57,119 nucleotides of DNA. Source: an uncultured Candidatus Bathyarchaeia archaeon (GTDB taxonomy: Archaea > Thermoproteota > Bathyarchaeia > 40CM-2-53-6). The stretch lies in contig CAZYOZ010000003.1 of NCBI GenBank assembly GCA_964649235.1, forward strand, positions 3,670 through 60,788. The letters are read 5' to 3'. Position 1 is the first letter of the stretch. The number at the start of each line of letters is the position of its first letter. Of the stretch, positions 8,860-19,097 are shown piece by piece. The notes beneath the pieces were generated by a model. That model did no database searches, was not told the origin of the DNA, and was given only the letters and a program-made list of their open reading frames with translations. A program made the position numbers and the translations under genes.

Positions 8860-9621
8860 TCACCCGTACAGAGGCGGAAGGTCGTATTCGTGGGCTTTGT
8901 TCATCCTTGCCAGCTCTTCCTGAGTTCTGTGCATCATGTCCTTGCTTCTCAGCCGTATCTCTTCACCCCTCCGCAGCAGTCCGCTAACATCAACATTCAG
9001 GTCAAGTATCTTGTTGACTGTGTTCAAAGCGGCAGCGGCGGCCACAGGATCAGGGTAATTATAGTATGCTTGCGTCAAGAGAGTGATCGCTGGCAGCGAG
9101 ACTTCCGTGCACTTCCTGAGCATCAATCCATAAGCACCGACAATGTAGCCCTCCTCAAGAATCTCAGCGGCCCCCTTCAACCTAGGCTCGAGGGCCATCT
9201 CGGATAGTGCCGCAAAAACCTTGGGCGCATCAATATCTTGCCGGTTGGCCACAGCCATCCCACCTAGGGATAACATCAACTCTGCGCCCTTGCGAAGCGC
9301 CCAGTCAACCAAGCCGTTGGCAAGAGGCCTCAGAAGTGGAACTGGAATCGCTGTTTCTGATATGATGACAACCAAGGATTTGTCTGCAAAGACCCGGACT
9401 GGGGATTTCGGAACGCCAGCATGCAAAACGATCATGGGGGGCAGCAGGTCGGATTCGATTGCGCCGACCTCATTCAACTTGAGCGAACTGATCATCTCAG
9501 ACGCGGCAAGCAACCCAACTAAGCCAACGTCCGGAAGACCACTGATGACCACAGGCTTCTTCGGAATCGTGCCCGTCTCCGCAATTCTGAACGGGTCGGC
9601 TTGAGGAGGCTTCTTTGACAT
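8860..9621 (-). CDS. PAC2-family proteasome assembly chaperone (PbaA/PbaB-like)
   Basis: GLPDVGLVG, SLGG, PDPVAAAAAL motifs; C-terminal HbYX motif LYG. Confidence 0.9.
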   Translation of the reverse strand: MSKKPPQADPFRIAETGTIPKKPVVISGLPDVGLVGLLAASEMISSLKLNEVGAIESDLLPPMIVLHAGVPKSPVRVFADKSLVVIISETAIPVPLLRPLANGLVDWALRKGAELMLSLGGMAVANRQDIDAPKVFAALSEMALEPRLKGAAEILEEGYIVGAYGLMLRKCTEVSLPAITLLTQAYYNYPDPVAAAAALNTVNKILDLNVDVSGLLRRGEEIRLRSKDMMHRTQEELARMNKAHEYDLPPLYG

Positions 9622-9757
9622 TTGACACTACCCTTCGTGGGAGTCGGAGAATGCTTGGGATGCAAGAATAGGCTCTAATTAAATGGTTCGTCAGAACACG
9701 AAGAAGTTTTAGTACGGACCCCGCAATGCGTACTGACCAAACATCCGATGATTGTCA

Positions 9758-11095
9758 ATGAGCGCACTCGAAGCGCTGGGCAGGTCGCTTGGCGACGCAG
9801 TCAAGAAACTTCTCCGTATGGCGGTGGTCGATGAGAAGGCCGTGAAGGAACTTGTGCATGACCTGCAGAGAGCCCTCCTCCAATCCGACGTTAACGTGAA
9901 CTTGGTTCTCCAGATCTCTCAGGCAGTAGAGAAGAGGTCCCTCGAGGAGAAGCTTCCGCCTGGAATTTCTCGGCGAGAGCACGTAATCAAGGTACTCTAC
10001 GAGGAACTAACACGCTTCCTCGGCGAGGAAGCCGCCAAGCTCACTATCGAGCCTGGAAAAACCCAAGTCATCATGCTCGTGGGCATTCAGGGAACAGGGA
10101 AGACAACGGCCGCCGTCAAGCTCTCACGTTTCTACCAGAAACGCGGGTTGCGGCCCGCGATAATATGCGCCGATACTTACCGGCCGGGCGCATACGAACA
10201 GTTGAAACAGCTCGCGGACAAAATCAATGTCCCAGTCTTTGGAAGGTCTGGCGCAACGGATGTTCTAGACATCGTAAGAGATGGGATGCAGCAGTTCGGC
10301 GCGCAGAAGCATGACCTAATCATAGTTGACACCGCGGGGCGGCACAAAAACGAAAAGGAGCTAATGATTGAGATGAAAGAGCTGGCCGAGCTCATCAGGC
10401 CTGACGAGATAATTCTCGCGATAGATGCTTCAATCGGGCAGGCTGCAATGGCGCATGCTGCGGCCTTCAACGAGGCAACAAAGATCGGGTCTATTCTCGT
10501 CACGAAACTCGACGGAACAGCCAAAGGCGGCGGCGCCCTATCGGCGGTCGCTGCCACTCAAGCGAAAATCAAGTTCATCGGAACTGGAGAGAAGATAGAC
10601 GATGTTGAACAGTTCATTCCCGACAGGTTTGTCGGCCGCCTTCTCGGAATGGGCGACATCAAAGCTCTAGTTGAGAGGGTCCGGGAAGCTGAAATCGAGA
10701 TCCCGGAGAAGAAGGCCCGCGCTTTTCTCCAAGGAAAATTCACGCTGAAAGACATGTACGAGCAAATGGTCGCCGTCAGAAAGATGGGACCGCTGAAGAA
10801 GCTGCTGGGGATGGTCCCGGGCGGAGTCAACATCCCCGACGACGCCATGGAAACAGCAGAGAAGAAACTGGACTCTTGGCGCGTCATCATTCAATCCATG
10901 ACGGCCGACGAAATCGAGGAGCCAAAGCTCATCGATTCGTCGCGGGCGAGGAGGATTGCGAGGGGGGCCGGCCATTCAGAGAAGGAGGTCAAGGAACTCG
11001 TCAACCAGTACTTCATGATGAAGAAAATGATGAAGAGCATGAAACGTCGAGGGGCGGCACTCGGCCGAGGCATGCCGTTCCCAGTTCGAACGTAG
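9758..11095 (+). CDS. srp54: Signal recognition particle protein SRP54
   Basis: GIQGTGKTT, DTAGRH, TKLDGTAKGGG, M-domain RARRIARGAG. Confidence 0.98.
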   Translation: MSALEALGRSLGDAVKKLLRMAVVDEKAVKELVHDLQRALLQSDVNVNLVLQISQAVEKRSLEEKLPPGISRREHVIKVLYEELTRFLGEEAAKLTIEPGKTQVIMLVGIQGTGKTTAAVKLSRFYQKRGLRPAIICADTYRPGAYEQLKQLADKINVPVFGRSGATDVLDIVRDGMQQFGAQKHDLIIVDTAGRHKNEKELMIEMKELAELIRPDEIILAIDASIGQAAMAHAAAFNEATKIGSILVTKLDGTAKGGGALSAVAATQAKIKFIGTGEKIDDVEQFIPDRFVGRLLGMGDIKALVERVREAEIEIPEKKARAFLQGKFTLKDMYEQMVAVRKMGPLKKLLGMVPGGVNIPDDAMETAEKKLDSWRVIIQSMTADEIEEPKLIDSSRARRIARGAGHSEKEVKELVNQYFMMKKMMKSMKRRGAALGRGMPFPVRT

Positions 11096-11126
11096 CCTGT
11101 TGCAAAGCGCTTGTCGGGGAAATTGG

Positions 11127-11966
11127 TTAGCCCACTTTCCTATCGATTAGTCCCTTCTCTCTCCCTCTCTTCTCCGCCCACCTGAAGGCGACCAGTCCTA
11201 CTGCCAAGAAGAGTAGACCGCCCAGCAGGGCGTAGCTCATCGATACAGCGTACGCGCTGATGGAACCATAGATTAGGGCGGCCCTGGACGCTCTCATGAA
11301 GTAGGTGAAGGGTAGGGCCTCCGAGAACAGTGACAAGGGCCACGGAAGAACAGTGGCCGGAAAGAGAGCTTCAGAGAAGATCATGAGAACGCCCGAGATG
11401 TATGAGGGAAGGGCCCATTCGAATCTACTGACGAAAATTGAGTAGGAGCCGAGCAGGTACCCCAACCCGAGGACGGCAGGAATGCTGGCCAAGAGAGCTG
11501 CAGCAAACATCGATACCGATGATGAGGACACAATAAGCACTGGGGAAAGTCCGAACAACATTCCGGACACGTAATACGATACTACTAGCGATACTATCAC
11601 AATGGGAACCGACGCGGTGAATGATGCCAAACACCTGCCGGCCAAATAGGGAATGGAAGAAGTGGGTGTGATGCAAACCTGCGGGTACACGTTGGTCCAT
11701 TTACCTTCAGAAATCGCTGCCGTTGGCACATACGCGTACGTGGCAATCTGAGCGTAGAGTGATGCACCTACAACGATGTATGCTAATCTTTCTGGACTGA
11801 ATCGCCCTACGAAACTAGAACCGTACCAGTAGACTATCGACGCGGAAAGTACTGCAGCCGCTGGGGCTATCGCCTTAACGCCTAGGCTGAGCAACGGGTT
11901 AGTCCATTCCAAGTCTCGCTGCCAGCCCATCCAGACTGATGCTGCGATGGCTCTGATGGTCCTCAT
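11127..11966 (-). CDS. ABC-2 type transporter permease
   Basis: Multiple TM segments, LFPATVLPWPL..SEALPFTY; downstream of ABC ATPase. Confidence 0.85.
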   Translation of the reverse strand: MRTIRAIAASVWMGWQRDLEWTNPLLSLGVKAIAPAAAVLSASIVYWYGSSFVGRFSPERLAYIVVGASLYAQIATYAYVPTAAISEGKWTNVYPQVCITPTSSIPYLAGRCLASFTASVPIVIVSLVVSYYVSGMLFGLSPVLIVSSSSVSMFAAALLASIPAVLGLGYLLGSYSIFVSRFEWALPSYISGVLMIFSEALFPATVLPWPLSLFSEALPFTYFMRASRAALIYGSISAYAVSMSYALLGGLLFLAVGLVAFRWAEKRGREKGLIDRKVG

Positions 11967-12793
11967 CTTAACCTAACCACCAGTGTGCCTTCTCGCCTCC
12001 CCCTCATTTCCAACGCTTCAAGGGACCTATCGGCCAAGTAAAGAAGGACGACTCCCATCACAGCAAGAGCAAGAAGATTCGGATATACGGCAGCTATGTT
12101 CTCCGATTGGAAGAGAGACTTCCTTAGAGCATCCATTCCGACCGTGAGTGGTATCAATGATGCAACAGCCTGTACTGCGAAAGGAAAAGGTGAGCCGCTT
12201 CCCAAGGACGGGAAGTAGAGGCCCGACAGCATCGAGACGGGTTCGCTAACCGTCTCGTTGAGTGATTCCGCTTCGCGGCCATAGGTCAAGTAAAAAGATG
12301 ACATAACCATCCCCATCGCGTAGAGCGACGCAAGCGTTAGCACAAAGGTCGTCACCACTGCGGACCATGACGGGTTCGCAGGCGGCGCGAAGAATATCCA
12401 ACCGACAATTGCGATTAGCGCTGCCGACGGAGCCGTGCCAACTATTCCTCCAACGGACATCCCGACGAGTATGGCGGTTATTGGAGCTGGGGATACTAGG
12501 TAGATTTCGAAGATCCCAACTTCCTTGTCCCAGTTGAATTGTGTTGCCATCGACCAGAGGACGTTTCCCCAGAATGCCAGCATGACTCCGCCCAGCACTG
12601 CAAACCCGGTTAAGCTGGATAGTCCTGTGCTTGCGTAGAGTAAGGCCATTGCCGCTGAAGAGAAGAGTGGAAAACCAATGTTTACGGCCAGCCACAGAGG
12701 CTCGCCGTAGGTGCTCTTCACCCTAACCCATGCTCGGGCGTACATGGTTCTGAACCAGTGCTCAGCGAGTGAGCTCCATTTCCCTCTCTGCAA
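11963..12793 (-). CDS. ABC-2 type transporter permease
   Basis: DKEVGIFEIYLVSP, LSGLYFP, IPLTVGMDALR; start uncertain. Confidence 0.85.
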   Translation of the reverse strand: MQRGKWSSLAEHWFRTMYARAWVRVKSTYGEPLWLAVNIGFPLFSSAAMALLYASTGLSSLTGFAVLGGVMLAFWGNVLWSMATQFNWDKEVGIFEIYLVSPAPITAILVGMSVGGIVGTAPSAALIAIVGWIFFAPPANPSWSAVVTTFVLTLASLYAMGMVMSSFYLTYGREAESLNETVSEPVSMLSGLYFPSLGSGSPFPFAVQAVASLIPLTVGMDALRKSLFQSENIAAVYPNLLALAVMGVVLLYLADRSLEALEMRGRREGTLVVRLR

Positions 12794-13745
12794 AACCTCT
12801 CCCCACTAGCTTCACGAAAACTTCCTCGAGCGTAGGCTCCTGTCGCCAAGTAGTCAGAACCTTCAAACCAGCCGTCTTCGCCGCAGACAGAACCCCTTCC
12901 ACCACATCCTCAGCCTCGACCAAGAGCGTCACTCTAGCAACTTCTCTCTCCTCATCAAACGTGGAAGTGACACCACTGACACCGTGCAAAGATGAGAATG
13001 GCTCAAGCGAACGCGGCGCAGGAGACACTTCAATTACAAAGGCGGGAACCCCGAGGGACCTCTTCAGAAATTCGGGGGATTCGCAGACAAGGATCTTCCC
13101 CTTGTCTATTATCGCGGCCCTGTCACAGATCGCGTCGGTCTCGGCCATGTTGTGTGTGGCCAAGAAAATTGTGCGCTTTCCGTCCTTAGCTTGCCTTGCC
13201 AAGAATTCTCTGATTTTCCGAGCGGTCATGACATCTAGACCAACAGTCGGTTCGTCCATGAACACGACCTTCGGGTCGTTGATGAACGCCCTGGCGATGG
13301 TCATCCGCTGCCGGTATCCCGTTGAGAGCGCGTACAGCTTGCTGTCCAAGTAGTCGCCAAGTTCCAGAGCAGCGGAGAGTTCGTTAATCCTCTTGTGCGC
13401 TTTCTCAGAGGGAATCCCGTATAATTGTGAGAAGAACCAGAGGTTGCCTCTGGCGGTGATGAAATCATAGCCTGCCCTCTCTGCGCCACTGGCCATGTTT
13501 ATGAGTGGCCTTACCTTTTCCGGTTCGTCTGCTACATCATATCCTCCCACCGTCGCCTTCCCTGAGGTCGGCAGTAGAAGCGTTGACAGTATTCGAATGA
13601 GAGTTGTTTTTCCGGCCCCGTTGGGTCCCAGGAGGCCGAACACCTCTCCTTCCTCAACCCGCAGGGTCACACCGTCTAATGCAACGACTTTGCCGGTCCT
13701 CGCGGAGAACTCTCTTCTGAGGTCAACGGTTTCAACTGTGACCAT
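12762..13745 (-). CDS. ABC transporter ATP-binding protein (DrrA/multidrug type)
   Basis: Walker A GPNGAGKTT, signature LSTGYRQR, Walker B VFMDEPT, C-terminal PTLEEVF. Confidence 0.95.
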   Translation of the reverse strand: MVTVETVDLRREFSARTGKVVALDGVTLRVEEGEVFGLLGPNGAGKTTLIRILSTLLLPTSGKATVGGYDVADEPEKVRPLINMASGAERAGYDFITARGNLWFFSQLYGIPSEKAHKRINELSAALELGDYLDSKLYALSTGYRQRMTIARAFINDPKVVFMDEPTVGLDVMTARKIREFLARQAKDGKRTIFLATHNMAETDAICDRAAIIDKGKILVCESPEFLKRSLGVPAFVIEVSPAPRSLEPFSSLHGVSGVTSTFDEEREVARVTLLVEAEDVVEGVLSAAKTAGLKVLTTWRQEPTLEEVFVKLVGRGFAEREMELTR

Positions 13746-13888
13746 GGACCGCTCTTGCAACTTCGCTCTCTTAAACCAAATTTCGAACGAGCTCCTGGCT
13801 CGAAACTAACGTTTAGTCGCGCAATACTGTAGGCCTAAGGTTAATTAGCCCGCGGCTGAGTCTGCTACAAAATTCAGGGTCATGACGA

Positions 13889-14179
13889 TTGAGGCGTTCG
13901 AAGGGTTATAGGTCGAAGACTCGCAGCCTTCTCCGCAAGGCTCCCCGCGAGAGAGGCAAGATCGGCCTGAGCAGAATTCTGAGGTCGTACAAGTTGGGTG
14001 AGAGAGTCAGAATTCTCATTGAACCATCCGTTCATAAGGGCATGCCTCACCGGCGCTATCATGGGAAAATCGGTGTAGTTCAGGCCAAGCGCGGGAAGTC
14101 CTACATAGTGGGCGTCCAATCAGGCAACCAGATGAAGCAGATCATTACGAGACCTGAACATCTTCGGCCGTCGCCATGA
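13889..14179 (+). CDS. rpl21e: 50S ribosomal protein L21e
   Basis: SKGYRSKTRSLL, SVHKGMPHRRYHGK, RPEHL. Confidence 0.97.
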   Translation: MRRSKGYRSKTRSLLRKAPRERGKIGLSRILRSYKLGERVRILIEPSVHKGMPHRRYHGKIGVVQAKRGKSYIVGVQSGNQMKQIITRPEHLRPSP

Positions 14180-14190
14180 GTTGACTCTTC

Positions 14191-14526
14191 TTGCCGAGAA
14201 GAATCATTGACGTTAAGCCCTCTCCTGTGGCCGAGGCAAGAAGAATACTTGAAAAGGTGAAGGAAGAGGAGCTCGGAGAGTTTCAGAGGCGCACATTAGA
14301 TTACACCAAGAAGTTCTCAAAAGTGGTTCCCACCAAGGCTGAGAAGCTGGTCAAGGAATTGTCTGAGAAATTCCAGCTGGACAGGAAGGAAGCTATCCAA
14401 ATAGCGAATTCTATGCCCCGTTCGATTGAGGAGCTGCGCACAATCCTCACTGTGAAGGGCAGAATCGTAAGCGGAACGCAGCTGGAGGACATTCTGAAAC
14501 TTCTCGGCAACTACAGAGAAGAATAG
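14191..14526 (+). CDS. rpo4: RNA polymerase subunit Rpo4 (RpoF)
   Basis: QRRTLDYTKKFSK, IANSMPRSIEELRTIL; conserved position after rpl21e. Confidence 0.93.
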   Translation: MPRRIIDVKPSPVAEARRILEKVKEEELGEFQRRTLDYTKKFSKVVPTKAEKLVKELSEKFQLDRKEAIQIANSMPRSIEELRTILTVKGRIVSGTQLEDILKLLGNYREE

Positions 14527-14691
14527 GAAGCCTTTTTTCCCCGCTAACCCCAATCAGCCACAGGATGCTCTCAACCTTGCTACGTTTTGCTCAACGTCCT
14601 CGGACTAGGGCACTGAATAGAATGCGTAAACACACTTTGTTCTACATCATTTAGCGCTAGGGTCACTCAGCAAATTCCGGAGACTGGGAAA

Positions 14692-15336
14692 TTGAGCGAG
14701 AATACAGCTAGTTCACGAACAGGAAGTAGTGCCTCATCTGAACGAGGAAGACTGGGACGGGTCAGAGAAGGAGCCTTCGCCCCCCGCCTCTACGAGGAAT
14801 ACGCCTACGTTTTGGACTACCTGCAACACGGAAGACCGGTGGCTAACAAACTTAGGCATTTAGCCCTCCCCACAGTCCAGATGGTTGGGGAGAGCTACTT
14901 CACTCTCCTCGAAGCCGAAGTACGGCCAGGTGCTCAAGCTAGTCTCCATGAACGTTTGTACATAGGGAAAGAGCGGCGTGAAAAAATCAACAGGATCATC
15001 GGCAGAATCGGCTATAACGATTTGACGGCTAACGCCAAGGCAGAGCTACTGCCCGTGCTCGAAAAACTGATCTCCAACCAAGAACCACGCTTCGTGTCCT
15101 TCTTCAACAACTCCCAACCCATCACGCCCCGCATGCACGCCCTCGAGTTGCTGCCCGGCATCGGAAAGAAGTCAATGTGGCAGATAATCAACGCACGCGA
15201 GAAGAAAACCTTCGAGAGCTTCAAGGACATTCAAGATCGGACAAGCATCGGCGACCCGATCAGAGTCATTGCGAAACGAATCCTAGACGAACTGGTCGGG
15301 GAAGAGAAGTACCGCATCTTTTCCAGAGCACAATAA
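14692..15336 (+). CDS. DUF655 putative RNA-binding protein
   Basis: EEYAYVLDYL, FTLLE, RMHALELLPGIGKK; conserved gene context. Confidence 0.92.
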   Translation: MSENTASSRTGSSASSERGRLGRVREGAFAPRLYEEYAYVLDYLQHGRPVANKLRHLALPTVQMVGESYFTLLEAEVRPGAQASLHERLYIGKERREKINRIIGRIGYNDLTANAKAELLPVLEKLISNQEPRFVSFFNNSQPITPRMHALELLPGIGKKSMWQIINAREKKTFESFKDIQDRTSIGDPIRVIAKRILDELVGEEKYRIFSRAQ

Positions 15337-15376
15337 CATTGCGAAAACCGACTTCCTAGAAAGAAGGACAGCCCGC

Positions 15377-16477
15377 ATGTCCTCACGCGTAGTGATGCAC
15401 GTGGACCTAGACTACTTCTACGCGCAGTGCGAAGAAAACAAGAATTACAGCATTCGCGGAAAGCCAGTGGTCGTCTGCGTCTATTCAGGCCGAACGGAAG
15501 AAAGCGGGGCCGTCAGCACCTGCAACTACGAAGCAAGAAAATATGGAGTGAGAGCAGGAATACCGATTATTCGCGCAAAAAAGCTCCTCGAAAAGACCGA
15601 CCCCGTATTTCTACCTATAAATCGACCATTGTACGAGGAAGTTTCTGGCAGAATTATGAACATTCTTAGAACTTATGCGGACTCATTCGAACAAGTAGGA
15701 ATCGACGAAGCCTGCCTAGACATATCCGCAAGAGCTAACGGCGATTTCGAACACGCGCAGCAAATGGCCCAAGAGATCAAGAACCGAATCGTCCGACAGG
15801 AAAACATCACCTGTTCCATCGGAATTGCACCGAACAAACTACTTGCAAAAATAGCATCGGACTACCGAAAACCAGATGGCCTTACAAACGTAGTGCCCGA
15901 AAACGCAAGGTCGTTTCTTTCCGACCAACCCGTCAGCAAAATCCCAGGCGTCGGAACAAAGGTTGAGGAGAAGCTCACCTCGCTTCAAGCGAAAACAATC
16001 CGGGAACTTGCAGCCATCGAACCCGCAAAGTTGATCGAGGCCTTCGGAAAATCGTTGGGAAGTTACCTCTACAACGCTGCTCGAGGAGAAGACGAAGAAC
16101 CTGTAAAGGAACGTGAACAACCCACACAGCTTAGCCGAATAGGCACTCTGAAGAACAACACCCGCGAAATCGCCAAAATTCTGCCCACGCTCAATGAACT
16201 CTCTGCATCTGTCGCACAGAAACTTGCCCAATATGGCTTAGCGTTCAGATCAGTGGGCGTCATAGCCATACTCGAAGACCTAAGCATACATAGCAGATCC
16301 AAAACACTTGACACAGCGACAGATGACACGAACACCATTCACGAGCTTTCCGCGCAATTGTTGAAGGAATTTCTCCAATCGACACCAAAAGCTGTGTTGC
16401 GCCGCGTAGGAGTAAAGCTTTCAGACCTATCAGGCAAGGTTGGACAGACGGAATTGTCTCAATTCCTGAAAGAATAG
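15377..16477 (+). CDS. dinB: DNA polymerase IV (Y-family, DinB/Dbh)
   Basis: HVDLDYFYAQCE, STCNYEARKYGV, GIDEA, NKLLAKIASD..KPDG, RRVGV. Confidence 0.96.
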   Translation: MSSRVVMHVDLDYFYAQCEENKNYSIRGKPVVVCVYSGRTEESGAVSTCNYEARKYGVRAGIPIIRAKKLLEKTDPVFLPINRPLYEEVSGRIMNILRTYADSFEQVGIDEACLDISARANGDFEHAQQMAQEIKNRIVRQENITCSIGIAPNKLLAKIASDYRKPDGLTNVVPENARSFLSDQPVSKIPGVGTKVEEKLTSLQAKTIRELAAIEPAKLIEAFGKSLGSYLYNAARGEDEEPVKEREQPTQLSRIGTLKNNTREIAKILPTLNELSASVAQKLAQYGLAFRSVGVIAILEDLSIHSRSKTLDTATDDTNTIHELSAQLLKEFLQSTPKAVLRRVGVKLSDLSGKVGQTELSQFLKE

Positions 16478-16519
16478 AAGGCCCTACAGGCAGTCCTTCC
16501 AAGTCAGGCTGAGATCGTC

Positions 16520-17359
16520 TTGGTGGCTTGGGTTCGCCGCGAACTCGACCAGTTAGGCATTCCACCGCTCAAGAGGTTCGGCCAACACTTCCTCATCGAC
16601 AAGCGAGTTCGCGAAGAAATCTTGGAACAATCAAAACTCTCACGCGATGACATTGTGTTGGAGGTGGGGCCTGGCCTGGGCTTCTTGACCGTGGAACTCG
16701 CGGCGAAGGCTGGGCGCGTCATTGCGGTCGAGAAGGACCGAACTTTGGCCAAATATCTGGCTAAGAGACTCGCTGGCTATCGTAACCTAACAATAATCGA
16801 GGGCGACGTACTGAGAGTCGAGATCCCGCAGTACACCAAAATGGTCGCAAGTCCCCCCTACAACATCTCATCCAAACTTGTCCTAATGATCCTTGAAGGC
16901 AAGTTCGAGCTTGCCACACTACTCCTTCAAAACGAATTCGCCGAGAGATTGACCGCGCGGCCCGGAACGGCTGAGTACGGAAGACTGACTGTAATGGTAC
17001 AATGTAGGGCCCACGCAAATGTAATCTCCAAAGTTCCCAGAACAGCCTTTAACCCCAAACCCAGAGTAGATTCAGCGCTCGTGACAATCACACCATCAGG
17101 AAAAGCCTCCCAGGCCAATGACTGGCGGCTGTTCTCGGACCTTGTAAGGTTCCTATTCACACAACGCAGAAGGCGACTTGTCGGGGTTTTGAGTCAATAC
17201 TTGACAGGGCGTTTTCCTGATTATCACACAGGAATGATGCGGGAGATTACCATTCCTGAGAAACGAGTCTTTGAAGTCGGCCCGGAGGAATTAGTAAACT
17301 TATCCAATGAGATCGCAGCCACCTACGCCCGTCTCGGGCGTGGCACAACTGGCAATTAG
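16520..17359 (+). CDS. ksgA: 16S rRNA m6,2A dimethyltransferase
   Basis: KRFGQHFL, LEVGPGLG.LT, SPPYNISS, YGRLTV, PKPRVDS. Confidence 0.96.
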   Translation: MVAWVRRELDQLGIPPLKRFGQHFLIDKRVREEILEQSKLSRDDIVLEVGPGLGFLTVELAAKAGRVIAVEKDRTLAKYLAKRLAGYRNLTIIEGDVLRVEIPQYTKMVASPPYNISSKLVLMILEGKFELATLLLQNEFAERLTARPGTAEYGRLTVMVQCRAHANVISKVPRTAFNPKPRVDSALVTITPSGKASQANDWRLFSDLVRFLFTQRRRRLVGVLSQYLTGRFPDYHTGMMREITIPEKRVFEVGPEELVNLSNEIAATYARLGRGTTGN

Positions 17360-18053
17360 GGTAGTTCTACTCGAACCTGAAAAAGAGGGAAACATAGGCG
17401 CAATAGCGCGATCCATGAAGAACTTCGACTTCGATGACCTGTGGATTGTGAACCCCAAAGTACCCATCGACGGCGAAGCCAGGGCCTTCGCAATGCGAGG
17501 CCTCGACATTCTCACATCGGCTCGAATCGTGAAGACCCTGGACGAGGCCATAAAGGGGACAGGCATGGTTGTGGGAACTAGCTCGATCGCAGCCTCGAGC
17601 ACAACAAACCTGCCCAGGTTTGCCATAACCGCGCAGCAATTTGCACAAAGAATCGCGACTGGCAGAGGGACGATTGCGGTAGTGTTTGGCCGCGAAAGCA
17701 CAGGGCTCAATAATCGGGAAGTGGAAGCCTGCGATTTCATTGTGACAATTCCCGCTAGCCGCCACTACAATGTCCTGAATGTTGCAACTGCAGCCTCCAT
17801 CGTCTTCTACGAAATCTTCCAGAAGAAATCATCCGAAGGACGTATCCAACTTGCCACAGGCGCTTCGAAAGCGTGGCTTCTGAAGCACTTCGACCGCTTC
17901 ACGAGTCGTCTGGATATTCAACCACACAAGCGCAAACTAGCCTTACGGGCCTTCCGCAACGTGATCTCGCGATCCTTCATCTCCAGCCGGGAGGCGTCCC
18001 TGCTTTCGGGCGTGTTCAGGAGGGCTTCCCAAGGGCGCTCCAACACTAAGTAG
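17340..18053 (+). CDS. trmJ: TrmJ/TrmH family SPOUT RNA methyltransferase
   Basis: GNIGAIARSMKNF, VFGRESTGL, LNVATAASIVFYE; GTG start chosen at 17340. Confidence 0.9.
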   Translation: MAQLAIRVVLLEPEKEGNIGAIARSMKNFDFDDLWIVNPKVPIDGEARAFAMRGLDILTSARIVKTLDEAIKGTGMVVGTSSIAASSTTNLPRFAITAQQFAQRIATGRGTIAVVFGRESTGLNNREVEACDFIVTIPASRHYNVLNVATAASIVFYEIFQKKSSEGRIQLATGASKAWLLKHFDRFTSRLDIQPHKRKLALRAFRNVISRSFISSREASLLSGVFRRASQGRSNTK

Positions 18054-18129
18054 AAAGGTTACGACTATAGAACCCGCAGGAACAGCCCATAGGCTAAAGC
18101 CACATAGACGCTGTATGCGTGGTGAAAAG

Positions 18130-18375
18130 TTGGCGGATTACTCGAATCAGAAAATGCTTGGGGCAGCGGCAATCGTGAAGGACCCTAGCATTCTAGACCA
18201 AATCCAAGGCTGTTACCAGACAGTCTTGGACTTTTCGACTGGCGTGCAACAAAACAATTTGGATAAGGCGCTGAAAATCATGGCGGATAAGGGTTGGAAG
18301 GCGATAAGCATGACAAGTCACTACGACCCTCAACTAGCGCAAACCGTAACGTACGTGATCCTCGAACGCGACTAA
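18130..18375 (+). CDS. Small hypothetical protein (DUF4177-like)
   Basis: TTG after GGTGA SD; L..MADKGW.AIS....YVILER pattern. Confidence 0.55.
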   Translation: MADYSNQKMLGAAAIVKDPSILDQIQGCYQTVLDFSTGVQQNNLDKALKIMADKGWKAISMTSHYDPQLAQTVTYVILERD

Positions 18376-18456
18376 TGCGGCGATAACAAGACTTGCAAAG
18401 CGAAACTTAAGTAAGCCTCCAGGCAATCACGGTAGCTCCCTCAGAGCCGACGAACC

Positions 18457-18975
18457 ATGAAAGGCAGAAACTACAGGCTTCCGAAAGGCCAGCCATATAC
18501 AAGAGAGAAATATATTCACGGCGCTCCTCCGCCGAAGATTTCAAAATTCGTCATGGGCGACACAAAAAGCCAGTTTGAATACAGGTTCTCCTTGGTGGCG
18601 CAGGCCCCGATCCAGATCAGGCACAACGCACTCGAAGCCGCCAGAGTTGCAGCCAACAAAGTTCTCTTTGACGCTCTGGGCGAAACAGGATACAAGATCC
18701 AACTCAGGGTCTACCCGCACATCGTCCTCAGGGAAAACCGAATGATTGCGACCGCGGGCGCAGACAGGTTGCAGGAAGGCATGAGAAGAGCATTCGGTAA
18801 GCCAACTGGGAGAGCAGCCAGAATCAAGTCAGCCCAGTCGATTCTTGACGTACACGTAAACACCAATGCGTTGGAACATGCCAAGAAAGCACTGAGAGTG
18901 GCGGCCACGAAACTTCCAGTCGCATGCGTCATATCAGAGGAGAAGCTTCTGACCGAGGCACCGCAGGCAACCTGA
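18457..18975 (+). CDS. rpl10e: 50S ribosomal protein L10e (uL16)
   Basis: QIRHNALEAARVAAN, AGADRLQEGMRRAFGKP. Confidence 0.97.
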   Translation: MKGRNYRLPKGQPYTREKYIHGAPPPKISKFVMGDTKSQFEYRFSLVAQAPIQIRHNALEAARVAANKVLFDALGETGYKIQLRVYPHIVLRENRMIATAGADRLQEGMRRAFGKPTGRAARIKSAQSILDVHVNTNALEHAKKALRVAATKLPVACVISEEKLLTEAPQAT

Positions 18976-19097
18976 AACAGCACTATTTTTGGCGTTATGC
19001 ATCCTAACTAGTGTTGGCCCTCCAGATTCCCCACCCAACTAGCCGATACGAGGAACGGTTAATTTGCACACATTCATTCCTAAACTCTTGTTAGATC

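Noticed and set aside
14527-14691. Intergenic gap after rpo4 with a T-run
   Set aside because: The T-run may be an archaeal terminator but is too weak to call; no structured RNA recognised
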